A stretch of 64,000 nucleotides of DNA from Rebecca billardiae RCC1528 (Eukaryota > Protista > Haptophyta). The stretch covers positions 3,906,001 to 3,970,000 of the forward strand of contig OZ251224.1 of assembly GCA_965240325.2 (NCBI GenBank), given 5' to 3'. Shown piece by piece: positions 21,001-31,699 of this stretch. Positions within the stretch are counted from its first letter, which is position 1. Each line of letters starts with the position of its first letter. The notes under the pieces are model-generated. The model was not told where the DNA came from. It ran no database searches and worked only from the letters and a program-made list of their open reading frames with translations. Made by a program: the position numbers and the translations under genes.

Positions 21001-21230
21001 AGATCTTCTCGCGCATCTTCTACGCGGACCTGTCCAAGCATCACGCCGAGTCGTCGACGCGGATCTCCGAGGCCGTCGGGCAGCACCAGCAGCTGCACTG
21101 CCACGCGCACCTGATCACGTACCACGGCAACAAGCTCGCGGACGTGTGGCACCTGCAGCCCGACTCGGTCGTGCGCGCGTGCAACCTGCAGCTGTACAGC
21201 ATCGGCTCGCTCAAGGTGCTCGACATCTGA
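18041..21230 (+). CDS. ThDP-dependent acetolactate synthase/pyruvate oxidase-family enzyme fused to an EF-hand and an alpha-acetolactate decarboxylase-like domain; exons 18041-19541, 19663-20740, 20912-21230 (965 aa)
   Basis: N-terminal motifs are TRNEGAASLAAAAEAKLTG, TSGPGASN, EFQ and GTMGYSLPAAIAA. Splicing 19542-19662 restores the ThDP motif GDGGAQM...FNNN. The EF loop is DVDGDGILSAEE. The C-terminal domain has GEMCICDGTAY and HAH...H. The ThDP part is secure; the ALDC call is moderate. Confidence 0.85.
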
Positions 21231-22323
21231 GCTGCTTAGAAGTCCGAGACACGGACTAGCTTAACAGGGACAGAGTCGCGCCGGCCAGCCACAGCGCGGG
21301 ATGCCGGTGCCACGGGCTGCATAGACGGTGCACTCGAATTGCAGCACCAGGCTCCGCGGTCGGACTGGCCCGTCCTAGTAGTAGTACTGACCCGATCACG
21401 GCGCGGCTGATGGCAACGCCAGCCACCTCGCCGCTCCGCTGCGCCGAAAACCGTCGATCTGCGCGCACCGCGTGTGACCGTGTCCAGCGCGTGCTCCAGA
21501 CTCAGAGTCCATCAGCTCCATCGCCGACTCAGGTCTCATCGCCGAGCCCGGAGGCTGCACATGACTGGCAGTGGCATGAGACTGACTACAGTTAACTCAG
21601 ATTTAACGTGCACACGACAGTAGTTTTACGCTGCACGCGTACTGTCTCCGTCTTCGGAGAGCGTGCGATGAAGGATGGCGCGGCAACCTGCCACCGTGAG
21701 CCTTACGCACGTTAAAACAAATAAACTGTAGTGCCGCTGCTGGCATCACTTCATTCATCATGACTACGATATACAAACTGTAGGTACAGCTCTCCATTTG
21801 CATGCGCGACGATACTTTAATATACTGATGTACAGTTTACTAAGAATATAAGAGAGGCACACAGCTCAGGCAGGCGAGATTGAACAATACGATCCGGCAT
21901 CATTGACAATCGAAAGGTCGTGCTGCCTTGATGAATAATGGCCCGCGGTGCAGGGCGGAGCGCGCAGCGTGGAGCCCGCACCAGCGGGCCGGAACCACGT
22001 TTCAAAAAGATCTTTGATCAAGAAAAAGGGACGCGGGGGCCGATTTTTAGGGCTGGCGGAGACCGAGTTTCGAATTTTGAGACCCTCTCTACAGATGCAT
22101 CACGGAGAAAAAAACCGCGTCCACGACATTCCCCTAATCAATCGTGGACGGCCGGGCGTGAGAGTTGAGAGTTCACTTCTGTGTGAAGTAGGACGGTTAC
22201 AAGTCCAATACAAGCGTCAGCTTCTTTGAGGCTATTTTTGCACGTCCTTACGGGATCAGCGAAGTAACCAACCGATATATATATTGGCTTCGTCGGGGTC
22301 GTATTCACTACTGGAGAACATTT

Positions 22324-22557
22324 GCACCGCGCTTCGTATTCATATGTATGGTTCACGCAGGCATAAAATCGCTTCGTCGGGGTCGTATCCACTATACTGG
22401 AGAACATCATTTGCACCGCTTCGTTTTCATACATTATAATGCACCGCGCTTCGTATTCATATGTATGGTTCACGCAGGCATAAAATCGCTTCGTCGGGGT
22501 CGTATCCACTATACTGGAGAACATCATTTGCACCGCTTCGTTTTCATACATTATAAT
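22324..22557. repeat. Perfect 117-bp tandem duplication, with a partial third copy from ~22288
   Basis: 22324-22440 is repeated at 22441-22557. Confidence 0.92.
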
Positions 22558-23379
22558 GTTTTGCCCTCTGGCGAGCCAGTTGTGCGCACTTTAAGAGCAG
22601 GCCTGAGCAGGCTCGAGGCCACTTTTTTGCCGCTCACGTGGACATGATGCCGAGCACGTCTCACGAGGTGCGCGCGGCGAGTGGCGTCTGGAGCGCGCGG
22701 CTGTGGTGGGCCCCGACGGCCGTCGACATCGCGTTCGTGCCCCGCTCACTCTGAACCCCGCGCGCCCCCGCCGCCCTATCGATCGATCATCGATGCCTGC
22801 GCGCGGAATCGTGCACCGCGCGTGCCGCCCGCGACCGGCCGCGGCAGGCCCGAGCCGCCCTTTCGGGCTCTCGCAAGCACGGGGGCAGCGGCGCCTGATG
22901 GCGGACTGATCGACATCTGAGTCTCCGACTTCACCACGCGCCCCCCTCGTCATGCCTTCCCGGGGTCTCCCACGGAAGACGGACTAACCGAGCAGGCGAC
23001 GGTACTGTCTGTACGCTGCCGTGACACACGGCGCCTGGGCAGCGGGCAGTGGTGGCGGGGTCCCGCGGACGTCAGTCTTCCCCTCGCGCCCTGCTCACCT
23101 CGAGTGCGCCGCCACGCGCCTCCGCACGCGTGTCCCATCGATGCGCAGAGCGGCATGCTTGCATGAAAGTTGAAATGGCTGGGTCATCAGCCCGCCAGCC
23201 GGCAAGTCTGTCTAGCGCTGGACGGACGGACATAGGAGGACGAGCAGCGCGGGCGACGGTGGTGCGCGACGCTCCCAGAGCTGGCCGTGCCTCTGCGACG
23301 CGTGCCGAGCCTGACCGAGGTGTGTCACCCGGTCCACGCGCGGCGCGCGCGAAGGCACCGGTGCTGTGGCTGCTCGGCT

Positions 23380-23725
23380 CGAATCCGCGGCCTCGCCTCG
23401 CACCGCGGCACCGTGCTCCCTGGCTGTCAGCTCCGCGTGGCCTGGCGTGCACGTAGAGTTGCGCTCATGCGTCGATCACGCCTCGCGCCCGCCTGTCGGC
23501 CGTCGCGCAGGCGCTGGTCGAACCCTACTCGGACCAGTGCAAATCATCTATCCCGTGGCCGCTGCCGGCGCGCGGTGACGGGACAGCGCGGTCAGCAGCA
23601 GGCGCAGCGGCCCGAACGAATCCGCGGCCCCGCACCGTGCTCCCTGGCTGTCTGCTCCGCGTGGCCTGGCGTGCACGTGGAGTCGCGCTCATGCGTCGAT
23701 CACGCCTCGTCGCATCCGCCTGTAC
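23380..23725. repeat. Imperfect ~100-bp direct repeat with a ~225-bp period
   Basis: gcaccgtgctccctggctgtc(a/t)gctccgcgtggcctggcgtgcacgt...gcgctcatgcgtcgatcacgcctcg occurs at ~23408 and ~23632. Confidence 0.85.
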
Positions 23726-24558
23726 ACAATATCGGCGCCGCGGCGGCGGCTGCGACTGGGCCCGCCCGGCCCCGGGCGCCCCGGCGGCCCGGCGCGGCCG
23801 AGGCGGCGGCGCGCCGCTGGAGTCTACTGCTACAGTTTACTAAGAATAAGAGACGCACACAGCTCAGGCAGGCGAGATTGACGCCCGCCAGCTGTCACCG
23901 CCCATGAAGCCGTCGCCGATGGTAGCGCCGCCGGAAAAAAATCGTTACATCAGTAGTTGTACGGGCATGCCAACCGTGCCATTACTGGTCTCACTCTCAG
24001 CCTCAGGTCTGTCCGAATCGGACAATAGTGAAATTGAATAGAGTTAGACGACTGCGCGACGGAGGGTGCACCGCCACCGCGGGCCCCGAACTACGTTCGT
24101 TCTACGGAAAAGGACCGCGGAACGCGGTCATATTACTGTTTCGCTGGCGCGAGCGCGAGCTTTCTCAGTGTTCTTTCGTCGCGTCCCGCCGTCTCCAACT
24201 TAAACTACAAGCGACATTTCGGTTCGATTTGATTTGACGAAGCTGATTCGAACGCATGCGGTTTCTGGAACGTTCGTGCGCTGCATCGTCGGCGAGCTGG
24301 TGAGTGAAAGCACGTATGAATGTGAGAGCATAGATCACTACCGACTCGTCCATGATGAATAGATGATTTTGATATCCGCCGTTTTCTCCCTCCACTGCCA
24401 CAAGCCGCATCGTGTCCGCTTCGCGTGCAGTCCCCCCTCCAGATTTCCTCGTCGGGTCCGACGTCACAGGCGACTCCGGCGTACGTGGGCGCGCTCATCC
24501 GCGTCCTGGCCTTGCACCCGCCGCGTTGTTGAGCGTCGCAATCGCGGCGGCCTCGAAA

Positions 24559-25623
24559 ATGGCCCAGCAGCCCCGGCAAACCGAGTTCCTGGCCACGACG
24601 ATGGGCATGGCATCGCGGCGGCTGTGTGGCAACTGCGAGTTCGTGCGCGCCGTTCCCTACAATGTGAACGCATCGAATTGCCTCGTAGCGTTGCCACCAC
24701 CGTTGGAGCCCGAGGCCACGGCAGCATCGCAGGATGTGCGGCACGCCGACGATTTCACCGTTGCCCTCGAGTCCACTCCCGATGACAGCATTCTGCTGGA
24801 CGCGGCAGTCCTCGCTGAGCTGGATCGACTGCTGGTGTGCAGCGCGAGCGCGCACGCATCATCAGGGGATGATCGGTCGCGGATGTCCCCTGCGGTCGTC
24901 GAATTTGTCCGGCGTGTGCTCCACGACGAGCCCGAACCGGCACCCAACGATCCACCGCCACTGACCACGCGCCAGATGTCGCCCCTCGCGGGCGCGGCGG
25001 CGCACCCGCAGAATCAGCATCATCGCATTCATCGCCACCATCCATCACCTGCGATGATGGTCGCGGAGACGCTGGTGGATGCCTGCGTTGCTGGCTCGAT
25101 GTGCGCGCCTGTGCTGCCACTGAGCGTCGACATGTGGCAACCGCCCGCGCTGGCCACGCCGGCCACGCCTGCGCCTCGAGACGCTTGGTCCGATGCCCTC
25201 ATCGCGCCGGGGACATCAGTGCCGCTGCTGATGAGTGTGGGCAATCGTCACGAGCTCGGGGTGCCGGCCGCGCCGGCTTGGCCCCCGCTTCCGCCTGCGG
25301 CGATGGGCATCGTCGAGCCGCCCGTGCCCCGGGCGCAGCGGGTGTACATCGGCGTGCGCTGCCGCCGGCCTGCGCACGGCGGCGGGAAGCGCGCCAAGCC
25401 GTACCATGGTCGTGTGCGCTTCAAGGGCAAAGAGCACTACACGGAGTTCTTCTCGTCGCCGGAGCGCGCTGCGCGCGCGCGTGACGCGCTCATCATCCGG
25501 CTCGGCCTCCATCACACGCGCAGGCTCAACTTTCCACCGGGCAGGATGCACGTTCCCAGGAGTATGGAATGGCAGCATCCCTCAGCAAGCGCCCGCTTGG
25601 GCGGGGATTCGGCTCCCAGCTGA
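24559..25623 (+). CDS. AP2/ERF-domain putative transcription factor (start uncertain)
   Basis: C-terminal YIGVR...KPYHGRVRFKGKEHYTEFFSSPERAARARDALIIRLG...LNFP. Confidence 0.8.
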   Translation: MAQQPRQTEFLATTMGMASRRLCGNCEFVRAVPYNVNASNCLVALPPPLEPEATAASQDVRHADDFTVALESTPDDSILLDAAVLAELDRLLVCSASAHASSGDDRSRMSPAVVEFVRRVLHDEPEPAPNDPPPLTTRQMSPLAGAAAHPQNQHHRIHRHHPSPAMMVAETLVDACVAGSMCAPVLPLSVDMWQPPALATPATPAPRDAWSDALIAPGTSVPLLMSVGNRHELGVPAAPAWPPLPPAAMGIVEPPVPRAQRVYIGVRCRRPAHGGGKRAKPYHGRVRFKGKEHYTEFFSSPERAARARDALIIRLGLHHTRRLNFPPGRMHVPRSMEWQHPSASARLGGDSAPS

Positions 25624-25925
25624 GCGATCGAGACGGGGGCACCGAGGCCCGTGCCTGCGGGACAGATGCACTCATACTCAGTGGCGCCGGTCTGTGGCCC
25701 GACGCTGGGACACACTCAGCGCGCGCGTGCCGGCAATGACTACGCTTAATTGCCTGCTACTAGCCGCTCAGCACTCACAGACGCGTCAACAAGTTGACGA
25801 CAGAAGGGCAATGACCAGTGTCACAGTGAGCATGGTCGGCATTGTCACGCTGCAACACTCCGGGCAAGGGGGTCACTCCGGGTGGGCGCGCCGCTTTTAT
25901 TTATCGCACGCTCAGCTAATCAGCA

Positions 25926-27314
25926 ATGGCGTCCCCGCTGCTCGCATCGTCCACGGCTGCCGCATCAACGATGGCGCCGGACGAGCTGAACCCGCTAACG
26001 GCACCGCTGCTCGAGGCTGAGCCTGACGGCGAGGCCGGCGGAGCCCTCGAAGGCCCGCCCGCGTCCGCGCCGCGCAAGCCGTCGGTGTCCTTCTTCGGCT
26101 CAGTCTTCAACCTGTGCGCCGCGACGCTCGGTGCAGGTGCGCTCTCCATTCCGTACGCCATCTCGCTGACCGGGAGCGTCCTCGGCTGCGCGCTGCTGCT
26201 CGTCGCGGCTGTGGCGGCACTGCTGAGCATCGACCTGCTCGTGGGCTCGCTCCGCTCCAGCCGCTGCGAGACGTACGAGGACGTGACGGCCACGTTGATC
26301 GGGCGCCGCACGGCGCTGTGTGTCGAGCTGTGCATCCTCGCCTTCTGCTTCGGCACGTGCGTGGCGTACCTCATCGCGCTGGGCGACATCATGGAGGTGC
26401 TCCTCCTCGAGCAAGGCCACCTGCCGGCGTGGGCACCGCACGCCCGCTCGCACTGGATGTGCATCGTGTGGGCGGCGGTGCTCCTGCCTGTCTCGCTGCC
26501 GCACTCGCTGGCCGCGCTGCAGCACTGCTCGGCGCTCGGCACGCTCGCGCTGTGTGTGCTCGTCGCGGCCGTCTGCGTGCACGCCGCGAACGCGGAGCCC
26601 GCCGCGGCGCCGCGCCCGCGCCCGCCCGTCACGATCAACCACCTCTCCTCCGCGCTGAGCATCATCATGTTCGCCTTCACCAGCCAGGTGAACGTGCCTG
26701 AGGTGTATGCCGAGCTGCGCGCGCCCACCGTGCGGCGGATGCGCGGCGTGGCCGCGTCGGCCGTCAGCATCGCGATGGTGCTGTACGTCGCGATCGGCCT
26801 TGCGGCGTTCAGCGAGTTCGGGCGCGTGACGAAGTCAGACGTGCTGAACAACTACGACGTGTGGGCCTCCGTGCGCGACCGCGCCATGCTGCCGGCGTTT
26901 GTGTTCATGGCGTGCACCATCGCCATGGCGTACCCTCTCAACGTCTTCCCCGCGCGCGTGACGGTGCTAGCGATGATGCGGCCGGAGGAGCACCCGTCGC
27001 TGCCCGAGACCGCGCCCTTCGCGCGGCACGTTGGCGTGACGCTCGGCATCACCGGCCTTTCGCTCGCCGTCGCCGTCTTCGCGCCGGGCATCAACGTCGT
27101 CTTCCAGCTGCTCGGTGGGACCGCGTCCGCGTTCGTGTGCTTTTGCGTGCCGGGCGTGCTCGCGATCCGCACGCACTCGACGCAGCTCGGCGGGCCCGGC
27201 GCGCCGCACAGGGTTGCGTGCGCCTACGCGCTGGTGATCGGTGGCGCCCTCGTCGGCATCGTCGCCACGGTCGAGACTGTGCGAGGCATGCTGGGCGATG
27301 GCGGGGAACGATGA
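25926..27314 (+). CDS. Amino acid transporter, AAAP/SLC38-like (Aa_trans)
   Basis: FGSVFNLCAATLGAGALSIPYA, FGTCVAYLIALGD, FAFTSQVNVPEVYAEL and AYPLNVFPAR, with about 11 hydrophobic helices. Confidence 0.93.
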   Translation: MASPLLASSTAAASTMAPDELNPLTAPLLEAEPDGEAGGALEGPPASAPRKPSVSFFGSVFNLCAATLGAGALSIPYAISLTGSVLGCALLLVAAVAALLSIDLLVGSLRSSRCETYEDVTATLIGRRTALCVELCILAFCFGTCVAYLIALGDIMEVLLLEQGHLPAWAPHARSHWMCIVWAAVLLPVSLPHSLAALQHCSALGTLALCVLVAAVCVHAANAEPAAAPRPRPPVTINHLSSALSIIMFAFTSQVNVPEVYAELRAPTVRRMRGVAASAVSIAMVLYVAIGLAAFSEFGRVTKSDVLNNYDVWASVRDRAMLPAFVFMACTIAMAYPLNVFPARVTVLAMMRPEEHPSLPETAPFARHVGVTLGITGLSLAVAVFAPGINVVFQLLGGTASAFVCFCVPGVLAIRTHSTQLGGPGAPHRVACAYALVIGGALVGIVATVETVRGMLGDGGER

Positions 27315-29467
27315 TGTGATGGCTGATGCGGTTCCGGTGATCCGGTCGACGGTCGTCTGAACGTCATCATCAGACGTCTCCCGGATCCCGATTCCGCCCC
27401 CCTCCGTATACTATTTGGAGACGACACTGGTCGCGTAGTCTACTTTGCATGTACTGCGCGGACAATGGTACAAGACCGACATGACGCGGACATGATGGCC
27501 CACGGCGCCCGGCCAAAACTCAAAGTTTAAAACTGAAAACAGCGAGTCAATAAAAGATCGTCATATTATTTATTATAATATGATAATTAAAAATCAATAG
27601 TAACTATTTGGCGCGGAAAAAGAGCTGGTGCGAAAAAAGGACGAGGTCTGGTGGTGAATTATTTATTTTGCTTATTCGAAAAGTCAAGGCCCCTTTAGCG
27701 TCCCACTTCCATTTCCGAGCTCCTCGAAATAACATGACTATATCAGAAATGTGGACGGACGTAAGAAAATTCGGCTAGACATGGAACGACGACGGTTCAA
27801 ACGCGATTGGCTGATGCAGGGTTCATTCAAACATTTATTAGGACGACTCCTATTGATCGCAACTAACATGACGATCATAGCTTTGCGGATGAGACTTCAC
27901 GAGTTGCAGCGGAATGAGTGCTCGCTGTAGGACATATGCTCTGCCTCGCCAGACGTGCGCTATGACCTAGCAGCACGGCCCGCCTGCGCGCAGGCAGCAC
28001 GTGTAGTTAGTCTCCCAGATGCGCCTCGTCGAGTTGAGCACGTAGGGCCCACGAACGTCGAAATAAAATGACGAGCGAGAAAAGGCGATGCGAGGAAATC
28101 TTTTTTGAATTTCTGAGAAGTGTGACGAGTCAGATGAGATCTGAGGCGGCTCCAGCTCAGCCGCGCGGCGCGTGCAGAGCGCGCGCGCCGGGCGGCAGGC
28201 GGCCAGCGTGTCACGCACGATATATGTCACAGCGCAGCATCAGACGCAGGCCGATGCTACACTCACTGGCGCAGCTTGCTCAGTGCCTCCTGTCAGCCCT
28301 GCAGGTAGCGTGTCTGCCGCTTGTCGAGCAGCCAACATCTCGGAGCGTCAGCGCGACCGCCGGGGCCGCTCCAGAGTACCACGAGCAGCTTGACGGCTGC
28401 TCGGCACGAGTGTCATCTCGTCCAGCATGCCGCATGTCGGCGGTGCTCGCTACGACCACCTACCTACTGACTCGGCTGCGACCGAGCCCATCCAGTTGGC
28501 TCCGACTCAACCGGCTCTTCCATGACAGCCGACCGCCCAGCGTCCCCGCGCCACGCAGATTGATGTTGGCACGCGCGGCCGCTCTGAGCTTGGCGGGTGT
28601 CAGTCAGCAGGTTTCGAATTTCTTCCACCGCGTTTCGCTCAAAATAAAATTCGATCTTCCCTTTCGCCGAAGTGCATTTCAAACTGACTCAGCCACCGAG
28701 TCGCACCGCCATTTGCACTCGCAGCTGCCGGGCGTTGCTTCGCAGGTGCCTTGTCCACCTTGAAATAGGTGCGCGTTAGGGTGATATGGAAATCCATTGG
28801 ATGGAGAGTCCACTCGTGGACGTACTCGACCGTATATTCCGTGACGTGCATGCCGTACTCGTCCGAGTATTCCGTGATGTTGGTCTCCTGCGCGGCGGTG
28901 CGAATACGCCGCCGCGCGAGCGCGAATGCGAAATGAGCGGGTGCGACGCTCGCGCGCATGCAGCGCGCGCGTCGCCGGTCAAGCGCGCGCCGAGACAGTG
29001 GTGCTGACGGCCCAGGCTAGGTGAGCCGGCGATCACTAGGAGCATCGCGACCAGAACGGCGGCCGCACAGCCGCACACGCTGCACGCGTGCGTCGCCATG
29101 TCTTGCTGTCGGCGCGCAGCCGCACGCCTAGCCCGCCGCTGCGTCCGTGCCTGCTTGGCCACGGCTGAATTGACCGTGCTGGTCTCGGCGGTGCGGAGGG
29201 AATTGCGATGCTCTTGCGAGGCGTACGTCATGGTCTTCTGCGCGCAGATGCGAGCCGGGCGCTGTGCCTGCGTCGGCGACCGTGTGGCGAGGACCCGCGG
29301 TCCCGCGCGTGCTTCACTGCTGTTGGACAGCTTTCGCGCGCGTTTCCAAAAAACAGGAGTCCGGAGAACGTCCGGACGGGAGCGGAAACGACGTGCGGGC
29401 TGCGGCCGGCCCGGCGGGGCGGGCCGGGCATCTAAGGCCGCCGTGCACGGTCGACCGGCCGGCGCAC

Positions 29468-30887
29468 ATGCACGGCGCGATCACGCTGCTGGTGCTGGGG
29501 GGTTGCGGCCGCATTCCCCCGATCAGTCGGCCGCTTGCCTCTCTTCCAGCCGCGCAGATGCTCAGGCGACGTCCGCCGCGCTGTCCTCCTGGGCTCATCG
29601 TGCGAGCTGCCGCTCGCAGCAGCCTGAGTCCCGACGACATCCCGAGCCTGCCTGATATCGCGGCATCAGACCAGAAGGATGCTGCTGTTGTTCGGACACT
29701 AGGCATCATGCTGCTCACAGGCTTTGTCGCCTACGAAACTCTCCCCTTCATCGTCGCCAGCCTCGACGTTCTGAGCGACGGGCTGGTTGGCAAGGATACG
29801 GCGTCACTGGCCGTGACGGGGGTGTTCATGGTCTCGCTCTCGATCATCTTCGGTACACTGATCTCCATGACGGCCAACGTCCTTCGGCAGCGCACGCTCA
29901 GCGTACGCGACGTGCTGTACCGCGAGACGGCGTGCATCGACGCGCTGTCGCACACGCTGACCAAGCTGTACATGCGGGACACTGATCAGCTGCTCGAGGC
30001 GAGCGCCTGGCGCGCCGAGCGCATGCGACCCGGGCGGCACTGCGCGGAGCTGAGTGTGGACGGCCCCGTCACCATGCCCCCCTCACGCCCCCACCGACGG
30101 CACAGGTGCAGCGCGCGTTGTACGAGTACTGTGGCTGCCTCCGGCTGCAGATTGCCGAGACCGAGCCCGAGTCTGCGCGGCAGGAGGAGACGCTGAAAGC
30201 ACAGCGAGATGCCATGGTGCGGGTCTTGCGAGTGCTCGCGCGGCACTCTGAGGAGGAGTTTGCGACGACAACCTACCGATCGTCGCCAAGCATCGCCAAC
30301 GACGCGCACTTTCGCGCGTGGGACATGGTCGCCAGCATCGGCCAGCTGCGCATGTCGAGGACGGCGCACCTGGAGGCGGCATTCCCGTTTGCGCACTGGG
30401 CGCTGCTCGGCCTCCTCGCCCTCTGCCTGCCGCTTTCTCTGGTGCTGCTGCTGCTGTGGAGCCCGTACAGTGAGACGGTCAGCCATGCCGCCGGTGCGAG
30501 CCGCCTGCAGCCAATGCGCGCGCGCCACGCTGGCGTGTGCTGGTGGCGGCCGTGCCCGTATCGCCACCCTCCCCCGGGGGCCAACGCAGACTAATACGAC
30601 CGCGCGCCCTTGCGTCCATGCGCCGGCCACCATGGCCATGCTGCGTGATAGGTATGCGCCTGCTCCTTGCCTTCATCTGCGCGATCCTCGCCTCGGTCTT
30701 CAACCTTCTCGAGGACATGAACCAGCCTTTCACAGGCCTCTACGCCATCTCCACGCGCCGGTTGACTGTTGTTGAGAGTGGCATCCGAGGGTACCTCACG
30801 CTTGCAGGCGGAGTGATGCCCGAGACAGACCCGACCGTACCACAGGCTACGGCGCGGCCCGGGACCCAGGAATCACCAGCGTCGTGA
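29468..30887 (+). CDS. DUF4239 (bestrophin-like) membrane protein; introns 29999-30105 (GC-AG) and 30470-30651
   Basis: SLSIIFGTLISMT...LYRE, RMSRTAHLEAAFPFAHWALL and LLEDMNQPFTGLYAI fit DUF4239-type motifs. The two introns join three ORF segments in frame. Confidence 0.7.
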
Positions 30888-31089
30888 TCGCCCCAGGGAA
30901 TCTTGCCAGGCCGCGCAAGCAGGCTGAGTCTGACCCCGCCCGCCGGCCCGGGGCGCCGGGACGTGACCCGGGCCCGGCCTGCCCGCCCCAGGCCCAGGGC
31001 GGCTGGGCGACCGGTTTAATCGCGGACTTCAGATTCAATAATCTTCGGCGTGCAGTCGTGAGAAGTCAGCAGTCATCATCGTCCATACA

Positions 31090-31322
<233 letters not shown>

Positions 31323-31699
31323 TATGGCGAATATATGCTGGCCGTATGCGAAGGCCATGCTGCGACCAGTGCATGCATGCGCCGACGCGACGTAGTCGGT
31401 ATAGTAATAGTAGTCACTCTAATCATCGACGACTATGAGAATCATCATGACGACTGCTACTGATAATAGTGATATACTCTTGACTGACTGCTCGGCCGTG
31501 GCCTGACTCGATGCTCAGTGCTCAGTGAATGATAAGTCGGCATAGCTTAAGCTACTAAGTAGCAGTAAGCTATACTGTCGTAAGACACTGTTGAGAGTGA
31601 TGACGACGCCGTACATAATAACATATAGTCAGCTATACGACATAGTTAGGCTGCGCGGGCCGCCGCCCTGCGCAGCACAGTAGCCAGCGCGCTATCTCA

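Larger units (their letters stand above)
21938..24131 (+). mobile_element. Non-autonomous element, copy A, with Helitron2/Helentron-like termini
   Basis: Its first ~140 bp and last ~57 bp are shared with 48632-51022. It has an asymmetric inverted repeat ggcccgcggtg (21940-21950) / caccgcgggcc (24075-24085), a terminal hairpin gaccgcg-gaa-cgcggtc (24113-24129) and internal tandem duplications. Confidence 0.65.

Noticed and set aside
27605-27625. E2F-like site tttggcgcggaaaa in an AT-rich island
   Set aside because: It is a short motif with no supported gene start nearby, so it cannot be distinguished from chance.
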